Shown here piece after piece: positions 1 to 12,172 of a stretch of 62,138 nucleotides of DNA (its first letter is position 1; every line of letters begins with the position of its first letter). The notes beneath the pieces were generated by a model. The model saw only the letters and a program-made list of their open reading frames with translations. It had not been told where the DNA came from and made no database searches. The position numbers and the translations under genes were made by a program. This DNA is from Atractiella rhizophila (lineage: Eukaryota), in contig MU271408.1 of the NCBI GenBank assembly GCA_021432655.1, forward strand, positions 9,373 through 71,510. The letters run 5' to 3'.

Positions 1-1890
1 CTCAGCGAAGGCGATCGCAGAAGCGTGTCGAGAGACGAGGGTGTTGTGTTCCGTCGCGGATTTGCCAGAATTGAGTGCGGTGGGATGGCCTGTTACGCTT
101 AGATGGGATGTCGTCGATGAGAGGAAGAAGATGGCTGAGAATGATGAGGAGAGACAAAAGAGTAGTTTGATGGTGGCGGTTGATACTGGACGGAAGGCGT
201 GTAGACTCGGGAGGAGAATTGCTGATACGATCAAGCAGGTGAGCTTTCTCATTCCGTTGCGGAGGGAGGTAGAGACAGAAACTGGCTCGTTTTACGATCT
301 CCACATTTCTCTACTGGGCATTACGTACCCTCCTGCATTTCTGTCTTCCTTCAACTCTTACTCCTCTTGCCAGCCGAGAATGTTTTTGAGCTTGGCAAAC
401 AAATATACCTGCAGCATTTGTGAATGCAGTTTGAATCACCTCGCTTGAGAAAATTTAGAAAGCTCCTCTTACAAGCAGTATTAACTATAACAAGGTATTG
501 ACACAACATCATTTAGGCTCTTCCGAATGATATTGGTACAGCGGTAGAAGCTGTTGGGCTTTTACGTTCGGCGGCGAGGGAACTACAAGATCAAACAACC
601 ACACGGTCAGAAACCTCTTCGTCATCCTCGAGCCTCGTGCTCGATTCTAGTTCATCATCCATCGAAGATTCAGAATCCCTGGTCTCTCTCTCGCTCTCTC
701 CGCCGCTCAATGCTCCTGTTCGTCAACTCGGGCAGTCTCCCGTGCCAGCATCGAAATGCAAAGCCAGGAGGGCTTCATCAGCTTCATCAGAACCCGATCC
801 CCTCCAAATGCGCATGCGTTGGATATCCCAGATATCAGAATTTTGGCCTTTCGAACACATCGCTAAGACTTATTTCGACACCGAAGCAAGGTCACGCATT
901 CTTTCTTTAGCTTCACAATCTACAGATTTACTTCCAAGCCTTCGCCACCATTCCATCGGTCCCTTCCCAGGACAGGATGTTGCTACGAAGCCGAAAAAGC
1001 AAGGTGTCATTCTCCTCGTTGGTTCTGGACCCGGATCTCCTCTTCTACTGCCAGTCTTCACACATCGATTGCTAACTACCTCTTCATCTTCCACAATCGT
1101 CTTGTCCGATAAACTGGTGCCGAGCGAGATCCAAGAGCTGATCCCTGAAGGCACGGAAGTTGTCATCGCGAAGAAGTTCCCTGGGAACGCGGAAGGCGCT
1201 CAGAGTGAACTGATGGAAATTGCGGTCCGAGAGGCGAAGGAAGGGAAGACCGTGATCAGGTTGAAGCAGGGCGATCCTTACATTTACGGACGAGGCGGAG
1301 AGGAAGTGTTACACTTTCGAAAACATGGAATAGAGACGCGCGTCGTTCCTGGCCTCTCCTCAGCGCTTGCTGGCCCTCTACTTGCTGGTATACCATTGAC
1401 ACAGCGAGGCGTGAGTGAAGGAGTTGTTATCTGCACCGGAGTTGGAAGAGGTGGAAAGGAAGTCAAGATCCCGGGTTATGACAGGGAGAAGACGGTGGTG
1501 ATGCTTATGGGAGTCGCACGGATTGGAGAGGTCGTGAAAGCTATCACGGAAGGAATGGGAGGAAGGTTAGGCGGAAATGCTCGACTTTATCCTCCTCATC
1601 TTCCTATCGCGATCGTGGAGAGGGCAGGCATGAAGGACGCGAGGACAGTCATGAGTACTCTTGCTAATGTCGAAGAAGCGATGAAGGAAGTAGGCCAGAA
1701 GCCACCAGGACTGATCGTTGTCGGTTGGAGCGTTATGGCTCTGGACGGTGAGGGATACCTTGACGTGCTCGATCGGAGTGAGGAGGACGATGTTCCTCTG
1801 GTGACTCGTTGGCTCAACGGTGCGAAGTGGAGGGTCGAGCAGAATGGATTGGCTGCTTGGGAAGCACTTCAACTCGGTGTACCCACCTGA
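1..1890 (+). CDS. MET1: Uroporphyrinogen-III C-methyltransferase (Met1/siroheme synthase-like), 5' end outside window; intron 239-516
   Basis: Tetrapyrrole methylase motifs LVGSGPG, DKLV, RLKQGDPYIYGRGGEE, VVPGLSSA, GIPLTQRG. Upstream exon (AIAEACRETRVLCSVADLPELS...) resembles the siroheme synthase N-terminal region and joins in frame via GTGAGC(239)...TTTAG(516). Confidence 0.9.
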
Positions 1891-2146
1891 CGGCGTTGTA
1901 TTAGCTAAGTTTTTATTGATAGAGCTATGCTTGTGCTTGATGTATTACATGTTTGTTTCTATAAGCTGCAACTGATTACAATAGTTTCGTGTCCTGTTTT
2001 GCATTCCAAAGTATGTGCAATAATTGAGATCGGAGCTCTAATGGATGGAGCTATCGTTTCAGCTGAGGTTACAGACGAATACAACCACATAAATGAAAAA
2101 TAGAACACGCTATACGAACAACCTACCCTTCCCTCGTCTGTATCCG

Positions 2147-3401
2147 TCAAGCGCCCTGACTGCTTTCTAGTTCTCCCTGCTTAGCACATTGTACATCATC
2201 ATCTTGCACAACTCTCAATCCCTCGCCGTCAATCACAAAGTCCCTGCCTCCTGGCCGCACAAAAGGCGAAAAGACGACCTCCATTCTCCTCTTGAGGGTC
2301 CCTTCGCCATCGTTCATCTTCCTATCTGTCCTCGCGAGGATCAACCGAGCGTCACAGTGGTCAGCCCAGATAGGTCCTAGCGCGACGTGCGTGCGTGGTG
2401 TGTAAATGGTTCGACCTGGTAGTTTTCGATGGAAAATGTGAGGTGGAGTGAACATTGAAGGAGAGGGACCTACCGTCAAAATACGGAAGCTGGTGGTTCA
2501 CATGCAAGGATGGAATTTCCTCTTTCCCTCCCGTCCCTGCAACTGAAGGAATGATGATAGGCTGCCCATATATCGGCTTTTCAAATACGTCCGCGACTTG
2601 ATTGACAGTCACCACTGCCAATCCAAACTTTTGTGCCGCGTGGCCCAGCGCCTCTGCTATCCTGCCGAGACACTCTTTTCTCTTCTTCAGTTCTCCCGGC
2701 CCCGTCCCGAATTCCGTTCTCAGCAATGCGCTGAGCGAATCAATGATTAGAAGCCGAGGAGGAGGAGAGAGGGAGGAGAGTATGGAGTGAAGGCGGAAGT
2801 CGAGTAGGTTTTCGAAGACAGAAAGGGTGGGGAGGGCGAGGATGGAGACTCGATCAGTTAGTGTGGTTATGTTGGGAAGAGAAGGGTGGAGTATTGAAGC
2901 CCAATTGGATATTGGTGGTGCACGGGACTCTGTGAAGAGCAGTAGAGAGGAATGATTAGCTTGAGAGGTAGCAATGGTGAGGTGCGCCGCCAACGTTGAC
3001 TTTCCCGACCCACTTTTCCTCCCACTTTCATTCCCATTCCACTTTTAAAGACAAAATGAACCACACACCTTTCTCCAGCGATATCAAGTACAGTTCCGAT
3101 CCTCAATCCACCACCTAGAAGCTCATCCAAAGCCGCATCTCCCGTGCCCAGCCATTCCTCCTCGTCTCCCTTCACTTCTCCTTCCTCAATGAACGGCTTC
3201 GATATAAGTGAAAGACATTCTCTTATCGATTCTACAGGCAGTCCTGCGCGGTGTGCAATCACTGCAGGGGGCGAAAGGAGGAGGGAAGATGCACTTGAGT
3301 ATCCAGCTGTATGCCTATTAGAACGCGTCAAAAAGAACAAGATATTGCTCGCCTCGACGTAAACAGCGCTTTCTGTCAAGTGGAAGGCTATCCAGGGACA
3401 T
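2147..3401 (-). CDS. RAD57: Rad51 paralog, Rad57/XRCC3-like DNA repair protein (4 exons)
   Basis: LGTGDAALDELLGGGL, Walker A GE|SGSGKST reconstituted across an intron, Walker B LLIIDSL, AVVTVNQV, ALGPIWA. ATG at 3401 with a probable GC-AG intron 3307-3352. Confidence 0.8.
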
Positions 3402-3802
3402 CCAGGGTGAAATATAAGAAGTCGCGGTCGTTCCTGAGTCACGTGGCTGACTTATTTGCGGAACCAAAATCATCATCCATATTCATCTAACCAACTGCCT
3501 GTTCACTCGCCTGTCTGCACATTCGCTGTCGACCTTTCTGCAAGTTCCCTAGAGTTACTGCATAGCTACTTTTGCTTTTCTGCTGCTTTGTTTAGTCCGG
3601 CTAGCCCGGAGAGGATTTTCGGCGAAAGGACAAGGAGGACATTCGTCATCGACAAGGATATCTTGGCTCACATTACATTACCTTATTCCGGCCAAGTTAT
3701 ATAAAAGAGTCTCTTTCCTGGTCTCTTCCCTCAAACCGCTTCGCCTAGCCTTATCCAGTATCGTTTTACGAAAGACTTCAGTTCATCAGTATAGATTACA
3801 CG

Positions 3803-5914
3803 ATGCTTTTCAACTTCAACACAATCAGTTCACTTCTCCTCTTCGCATCCTCCTTCGACCTTTTACCCTTTCCACAAGCAAATGCAGCGAAGATATCCAT
3901 GCCTATTTACCGCCCCAGCAGCCGGGAACGGCTCAAGAAGAGGCAGACTGACATGGATGGTTGGATGAACTCTCTCAGACAGGGTGTGGGCGATAAGTAT
4001 GGGAAGGCTCTGGAGAGTGAGCGGAGGATGAGTAAGAGGGAGAGGGAGAGGGAGCGAGTTAGGAGAGGGAAAGGAGCAGATTACCTTTTCAATCAGGGTG
4101 ATACGGTCTATTTTGGACAAGGTGTGTTTTTGGTTCTTTCCTTTTTGGATTCAGGCAAAGTGACGAGGAGAGAGATCCCATGAAAGGGAATGGATTTGTT
4201 CATTACATTTGATTATTTGGTTTATGGTGGCGACAGCAAGGCGTGAATAGGGGTTTGCATTCATCCGGACGTGCACTCAAAGCCGAGTGGGTGTACAGCC
4301 CCTCCTCTATTCTTCTCTATTGAGAAACTTCTTCTACATATCAAGGTATGGATGGAAGCGTCGTCTTTTGCAGTGGATATACGCGATTATAATATCAATT
4401 CGGGACGAACGTTCAAGTCTCACACCTGCAATGAGACATAATTTTGCATTTATTGAAATGCAGAAGAACCAATGATAGGAGTGTCGAACCGTACTAATTT
4501 TGCCTGTACCCAGTATCGCTTGGGACACCTCAGCAGACGTTCTTCGTCGTCCTCGACACAGGTTCATCTGATCTCTGGCTCGCCGGTTCCTCCTGCAACT
4601 CTGGTTGTTCAGGAGTGACCACATTTAACCCTTCCTCAAGCTCGACGTTTAAGAACCTCAACAAGTCATTCAGCATCCGCTATGGTTCTGGATCCGCAAC
4701 CGGCACTTTAGGACAAGATACCGTCTCGCTGGCCAACCAAACGATAACCAATCAAATCTTCGCAGTTGCTGATACCGTTGCTTCAGGAACACTAAACTCA
4801 CCGCTCTCGGGACTGATGGGCCTGGCTTTCCAAACCATTGCGGCCTCAAGAGCTACGCCTCTTGCTCAACAACTCGCGGAGGATGGCGTGCTGGATTCTC
4901 CCGTTGTCGCTTTTGCGTTTACTAGATTCAATGACAACAGTGGGCAGAGGGACTTGACCGAACCTGGAGGGCTCATGACGCTCGGTGGGACGGATCCGAA
5001 CCTCTTTACTGGACAAATCACCCAATATGTGAGTCTTCGATTGCTCTGTAACGAGGGTGCCGATTGATGAATTGGGGTAAAGCCACTTGCGAACCAGGGA
5101 ACTTACTGGTTGATCCCCGTCACTGGCGTCTCGGTTGATGGTACCAGCATCTCGGTCGAGTCCGAAAACGCAGCCATCGATACGTGAGTTCTTCATTCTA
5201 TACCTCATCATCCGGATTGTTTATTCTTTGTCTGTAGAGGAACTTCCCTGATTGCTGGCCCTACTGACGATGTAGCCGCGATCTATGCACAGATTCCAGG
5301 TTCTGCTCCTTACTCTCGTGCTCAAGGCTACTATACTGTCCCCTGTGACTTTACCGGCTCCATAGCATTCCAGTTCGGTGGTTCTTCTACGACTTGGACG
5401 ATTAATGCGGACGACTTCCTCGTCGGTCAGGTCTCTTCGACCAGGTGCGTTGGCGGACTCTTCACTCTGCCCAGCTCTTCAGGAACGCCAGATTGGATTG
5501 TCGGAGACGTGTTTTTGAAGGTTTGTATTTGTCTCTAGCCGTTCGAGAAAACATCTGATATGTGAGCAGAATGTCTATTCCGTTTACGACTATACCGCAA
5601 AGACCGTTGGTTTCGCCGCTCTCAATACCGCGAACGTGCAAGGTTTGGAAAATGATACCGGGTCGCTCAACCAACTGGATCGTCCAACAGCGAACAATGG
5701 TACAGGAGGAGCGACTATCGAAGGTGGAACGGCCAGTTCAGGGCAAACTGATGACAATCCTAACAATGTTGGGACGACGGGAAGTGGGGGAACCGTCGGT
5801 GGAGGAGTTGGAAGCACGCCTACCGGAAGCGATGGACAGGTTCCCAGTTCTGCTTCGAGATTACATCCAGTTGCACTCTCACTTATTTTTCTGCCTCTTC
5901 TCGTTTTGTCGTAG
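3803..5914 (+). CDS. Secreted, probably GPI-anchored pepsin-family (A1) aspartic protease; long first intron 4122-4513
   Basis: Signal peptide, basic propeptide, VVLDTGSSDLW and AAIDT|GTSLI catalytic motifs, flap YGSGS, WIVGDVFLK, Gly/Thr-rich linker and hydrophobic C-terminus. Confidence 0.9.
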
Positions 5915-6112
5915 CCGAATGATCTGATTGACATTGTACATTATTCTCATTTTACGTTGGATGTTTTATTACTGTACTTTTAGGAGCTTGGACTTATACT
6001 CTTACGATGTATATTAAGGACACTTTGGAAATATTCCTGCATGTACATATTCCACAGCCTGAGTCCTAACCCTACCTCGCGTCCTCAAAACGAAGCGAAG
6101 TATTGCACCAGC

Positions 6113-8311
6113 ATGCTGACTAGTATCCTATCCCATCCAGGCCGTCGACATCCGACATCCTATCACCCAAATCCTGTGGAAATGGGAGCGAAGCTCGAAG
6201 CAGGGGTCATGCAGTACTTTGACGGAGTGAAAGAGAGAAGAGGAATGCCATGGCGGGTTCACGTGGATAAGGGAGAGTGGGAGGCGTGGAGCAGGGAAAA
6301 GAAGGGCCAGAGAGCTTATGAGGTGTGTTCCACTTTTGGAGACGGTATGTGGCGATGTTGGTGAGGACTCTGCTGGATGCTGTAGCTCGCTCATGAAACG
6401 AAGCGGTGAAATTGTGAATCATGGCCACTATCATTTGAGATGAAGACAAGTCAAGTCGAGTTTCATTCGTCACATTCCTTACAAGGAGCCGTGTGGGCCT
6501 ATACGTGATATAGGGATAGAGTAGCAAGCAGCTTCTAGTCTTGAGGTCTCCACATTCCTCTCATGGTTTATGACCCATCAAAACAAATATGCGGTAACCA
6601 ACAGGGTCATTCCTACAAGTTTATTGGTTGTTGATGGATGCATAAAAATTCACATCTGTATCACTTTTGTACAAGAAGTAGAGCGCCAGTAAAGTGAGAA
6701 ATTGTCTGTCACCTCCACCGAACATCGCCTGCACATTGCTGTTGCACAAGTTTACACGGTGGGATAGGTCTGGGTTTCGGAAATCATGCTGCAACAAACG
6801 CAAGTTGCAACGGTTATTCCTTACTATAATCGGTGGGAATTCTCTTTTCTTCCGCAACAAAAATTGACACTCCGTCCAGGTGGATGGAAGCGTTTCCCAC
6901 ATTACAAGACCTTGCCAAGTCAGATATAGAAACAGTGAACGGCTTGTGGAAAGGTGTGCTTACACTCCTTTCTGCACAAAGGTTTGATGATATGTAGGTC
7001 TCGGATATTATTCTCGAGCATCAAGATTATTATCAGCTGCTCGAAAGGTCGTCGAAAATTTTGATGGCATTCTCCCCATGGACACAAAGACCTTGGAAAA
7101 AGAAGTCGATGGGATGTGAGATTTCTATCGCTCATGCATTGTTACAAGCTAATTTTGAGCTAAGAGGTCCTTATTCTGCTGGTGCTATTTGTTCCATTGC
7201 CTACAAGCAGAATGTCCCAATGGTCGATGGGAACATAGCCAGGGTCATTAGCCGTGTGCCAGATTCTCTGTGCCGTCTCCTACCTTCCTGACTCTGTTTG
7301 CTTGCAGGCCTATTCGCTATCCACGCTCCACCATCATCATCGTCAACAACTAAAGAAATGTATCGGATCGCAGAAGGCCTTGTTCGAAACTGCGATCGAC
7401 CTGGGGATTGGAACCAAGCCTTGATGGAAATTGGAGCTACCGTCTGCATACCATGTCACTCTGACGGGGAGAAGAAACCGAAGAAAAGGAGGGGGAAAGA
7501 GGTTTCGACCGGCCCACGCTGTAGTGAATGTGTGCTGGCAACGGAATGTCTTGCATTGAATGAAGAGAGGTGGCTGCACGGCGAGGCTGCAGTTGAGGTG
7601 GAAGTTGCTCAAGAAGAAAGGCTGGACATTGCAGAGGGCACGAAGTCTAAGAAACGGAAGCGACTCGCGACTGAAGACATTGAAGACGCCTGCCAGTTGT
7701 GTGTTGAGCTAGAGGAAGGTCAGAAGCCTGGTATTTCTCGTTATCCAATGAAGGTGGAGAAAAAGAAAAAGCGGGTGGAAATGACAAAAGGTCCGCTCAA
7801 CCTATCCTCAACTTCTGTATTGACGGTGCCCCCAGTTTGTGTCCTTGAATGTCGGACGGTAGATCAAGGCTGCCAGTTCCTCATGACGAAGAGGAAAGAG
7901 AAAGGCCTTCTTGCTGGTCTGTGGGAGTTCCCCGCCACAACTCCTATAGCTTCCTCCAAGAATGCAAAAACCAATATCAGCAGATCCACACTCTCAAATC
8001 TTTTGAAGGATTTCATTCTTCCTTCATCCCTCAACCTGTTACTGGATCAGCTTTCTGACGCGGAACGTATTTCTCTCAGTCACGTCCATCACGAATTTTC
8101 CCACATCAGCATGGAGTACGTTCCCGAAAGGATCATCATCTCGTGCGAGGCATTACCAGACCTCCTGCAGCCTGTTGGAAATGGAGAAACCGTTAGGTGG
8201 GTGTCGCGGGAAGACGTAGGCGCACAAAATGTTGGCGTTGCGATGGGTAAAATATGGGATCAAATTGATGCACGAGCTTCTCGAGGGAAGTTAAAAAAGG
8301 TCAAGAAATAA
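6113..8311 (+). CDS. MUTY: A/G-specific adenine DNA glycosylase (MutY/MUTYH); long intron 6323-6767; start codon uncertain (6041 also possible)
   Basis: [69 protein letters not shown], Fe-S cysteines, NUDIX-like [10 protein letters not shown]. Confidence 0.92.
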
Positions 8312-8509
8312 CGGACTCTATTCGTTACAAAGGATTTGATGTGTTGACTTTGGATATAGTAAATTATGGGGTATTCAGAATAAAAAAACGATTGGTGTGG
8401 TGCACGCCTGTCATACAACAAAGATGAACTAGTTCAATGCCAACAAAGGATTGAGAACAACACTTCAAACAATGAAAGGACTCCCTTCCACGAACAATGC
8501 GTGAATGAT

Positions 8510-10091
8510 TTATAGGTACATCGAAAGGTCGAGGTATGTGTTGGGAATGGTGGAGTCGTCAGGTTTATCAAAAAGTTGGATAGGAAAATCGATGCATTGT
8601 TGGCTACCACCCCAGACAGAAGGAAGTTGCAACGTTATTCGTATCTCCCACTATTCCTTTGTCAGCTTGATAGAGGTGCACAAAAGAGAAGCGTACTGAG
8701 ACGTCAATATTGCAGGTGCTAATGGCTTGTGAGAGCATGGCTTTGCTCCCGTCCACATTCCAAGCCCTTAGATCCAACTCACCCATCACCTGTTTTGACC
8801 CTCCAGATTCGAGCCGCATGGATTGATGGCCGTAAATGGTACCTTGAATTACGCTCCTCCGATCTTGGAAAGTCTCCACCCGCACCGTATATTCCATACT
8901 TCGTTGGAGAGAGATTGACATGCCAGTGATGAGGGTAACAGGCGTGGGGGTAGGATTTCGACGGTTCGAGGCGAGGGAGAGCATGAAGGGTATTCTGTCG
9001 CCAATAAACAGTTCCACAGGATTAGGGAGCGCAAGCTATCAAGGTGTCAGCATTAGAAATTTGACAAATATGAGGGAATGCGAACCCGCAGTTCAATACT
9101 CCCCATCTTGGATTTTAGATGGTTCATATCGAGGATTCGCCGTTTGACTGTCCACATTTCAGGTTCCAAAGCTGGAACTGGCGGAAAGGTTCCATGAGAG
9201 TTGAGCGAGTTGGAGTGGTATCGATGCCGAGGACGAGATGCATGAATGACTATAGGAAGGAATAGACGTCTGCTAATGCTCCAAGGTCGCTCTGGTCGAT
9301 CAAGCTCAACCTATTCCTCATTATTAGGTGGCATTCTTTGGCACAACAAGTTAACGAACAACTAAGCGATAGCCGATGTACTGAATCTGACCACCAGAAT
9401 CGCGTCCAACAAAACTGGAGGGAAGAGGGTACGTCATTCCGTCTGATGTAGCAGAACAAGCAGCCTTCTTCTTCACCTTCTCCCACGGGCAGTTACATCT
9501 TCCCTTCTCAGGCACTCCAAACTCGAACGGGAACTCAAATCGACCCTGAACTTTCCTCCTCCCGAATCTCGAAGTTCCAAAGCTCTTCTCTCCGTCCAAA
9601 TCGACCGAGGTGCCATCATGAGCCATCACGAGGGTGGTGGAGAGAAATGAGTGCTTGTCCCACTCCGTCGATCCTTGTCCTTGATAGACAGAGGCCGAAC
9701 GACTCGTCGCTATACAGCCTTCCATGCGAACCGATAGCCGTTTGCAACGCATCGGCTTCGTGAGTTCGAGGACGATCTTTCCTTCCACGCGTTCTCCAGG
9801 GTAGAAGGTTGGGACGGCTGGACGCGGAACGGTGTTGGTGAGGTGGAGAGAGAGCGACCCAGATTTGAAGGTGTCGATTCGAGAGTAGGTTGGCGCTGGC
9901 TCGTCGAAGGAGGTGGAGGCTGCAGGGATGAAGAACGTGGAGGAGGAAAAGTCAGGTGTCCATGCTCGTTTTGAGCTTGAACGCAGGGAGGAAAAGGCGC
10001 TTTCCTTCCCGAATCGACTGTCAGCTGGAGATAGAGGACGATCGAGGGCAGAGCTCGTGCGCGATGAATTGAAAGAAAGAATCTGGAACAT
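8510..10091 (-). CDS. Arrestin-like (arrestin N-domain) protein, multi-exon
   Basis: FYPGERVEGKIVLEL...LSVRMEG, FEFPFEF, LPSSF, IQYIGYRLVV are typical arrestin-fold motifs. Downstream exons end ...LDLSMYL* at 8510. Confidence 0.6.
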
Positions 10092-11352
10092 CTCGAGTTT
10101 GCATAAGTAGACTGAGGAGGGTATCAAGTGCTGAAAGGAAGAGAGATGGACGCGAACCTATTTATGTTTGTCTGGTGGACATAAGACCATTCTACACCGG
10201 ATGGAGAGTTCAGTCTAAGACGACCTAACTGGTATCTCGGATATTGCACGCAAACGCAATCCGTAATCTTGCGCAGGATCTTAATCAACAATCTGGGCGA
10301 CGGTTGTGCATGTGGACAGCCCAGATGGGGGGACCTTGTTCGACCGAAGCAACTATTGTTCGTCAGCTGTCAACTACCTTCATGATAAGGTGCGGAAGCA
10401 GTCCGTTTTCGTTGGAGGCGCTTCCCGCGCTCAATCAACCAGAAATCGTGAAAGAAACTGGATTCTAGAAAGGTGCAGCGAGAAGCTCCGTGGAGCCTCT
10501 TGGACATCGTTCAACTGCGGTTGACAGACAGGTCATCGGGGTTTATGACTTCCTTCAAACTTCACTTGTTGAGCTGTTCTATACAGGCTAGCCAACGACT
10601 TCAACAGCGCAAAGCTGTTCCTGATTAAGGAAGTTGTCAACGTCACCAAAGGTCACGTCAACGATACACAGGCAAAAAGTTTCCTTTCCAGTGACTTCCA
10701 TTAATGCATTGAGCGAGCGATGTGCGAGAGACGGAGAAACTGAGAATGCTCATCGCGCTCATGCGGTTATGGACGAGAGCCAACAAAAGACACCAGAAAC
10801 GTTGCAAAGATGTTCGCCCACGTGCTTCGTCTGCAGACTCCTTCAGGGATGTCGATCTCCAACGTAGAACAAGCTGGCTCCAAATAAAAATTCTCGGGAA
10901 TAATGGTTTGAGACCCAGCAAGGAATGGAAACCGCACCGAACTGTCTGGTGGGTTATGCGCATCGTTTCTCCCTACGCCACCCTGACCCTGCACCGACCA
11001 AGATCTGCGAAGAAGCATGCCAGTTCTCCACACATGCAGACACAAGCATATGCATATGATTTTCCAATACACCTTACAGGAAGGCGAACTCCGTGCTCCG
11101 CCACTTTCGCGGCCAAGCAACCCCAATCCAATCCCTTACTAGGTTTGTCCTAGCCGGAGAGGTGCATATTCATTATGGCTTACGACACAGCGTTGGAGGC
11201 TTGGAGTGTGCCCATATTCTCCTAGTGAGTGTTATTGCTCTGTTATGTCAAGCCTGCGCAACCAACGCCTTTGCTGTTTCATCCTCAAGCATTGAACTAG
11301 TATCTTCGGGGAATAAAATCATTAATACCTGCGCGTAATAGTAGTTGCCTCG

Positions 11353-11387
11353 AGAGCTGTAGATGCCTTCAGAGCTGTAGATGCCTT
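11353..11387. repeat. Two-copy 18-bp tandem repeat (AGAGCTGTAGATGCCTT-N)
   Basis: Identical 17-mer at 11353-11369 and 11371-11387. Confidence 0.9.
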
Positions 11388-12172
11388 GAGAACTTGAGCG
11401 GTCAGACGTTCGCATCCTCACACAAGTTCAAAAAACGATATCGTATCCGATGGTCCCTTCTTGTAATTTCATAGTTATTGCCAGAGTGAGTGCAAGGGAG
11501 TCAAGGCGTAGATTAGGCAACTAAGAGAGCGAAGCTCGAAGAGCTCTTTAATGTTTCCAATCGCTGAAGTGCTGGTGAGGTGTAATTCTGTCATTACAAT
11601 AACTTACCTCCTAGTCACACCGCACTTATTTGGTTCTTGTTAGACTCTTGCTCGTCCATAACTGCCACCAAGTTTACGAAAGGACAACCAATGACCATTA
11701 TGCACTCATAATGTTCTTGAAATTGTACTTCGTAGAACCATGTTGTGAGAAATGAAACACTAAATTTCTCACTTGCATTGAAAGCATAATCCTAACCTAT
11801 GCTCAACTCGTCAGCCCGAATACCAGCTAGGGTTAGCAGCCTGCAGCGGTTAGGAAGAAGGTAGACAGTAAGAATGTCCTCGGCTGTGGACGACACCTTC
11901 AGCCTGCGGCCCTCGTTCAAATCCCGGCCATCTCTGTCCTCACTCTCATCCAAATGTTCGTTTACTTCCAATTCCAGCCTCAAACCGTGATCAGAACGGA
12001 GTACGAGTGCCAAGGTGTCCAGAGCCTTCCCATAATAGTGATTTTGATCATGAGCTTGAGAATGACTTCCAGTCACATTCGGAATCAGATTTATTTCAGA
12101 TATGCTGTTAAGATACATTCGAAGGCTTTGTGCCCTCCCGTTTAGACAAACGGGGCTACTTTCAATGATTCA

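Noticed and set aside
11911..11928. GTTCAAATCC resembling a tRNA T-loop/B-box
   Set aside because: Flanks CCTCG/CCCGG do not form a T-stem and no cloverleaf can be built.
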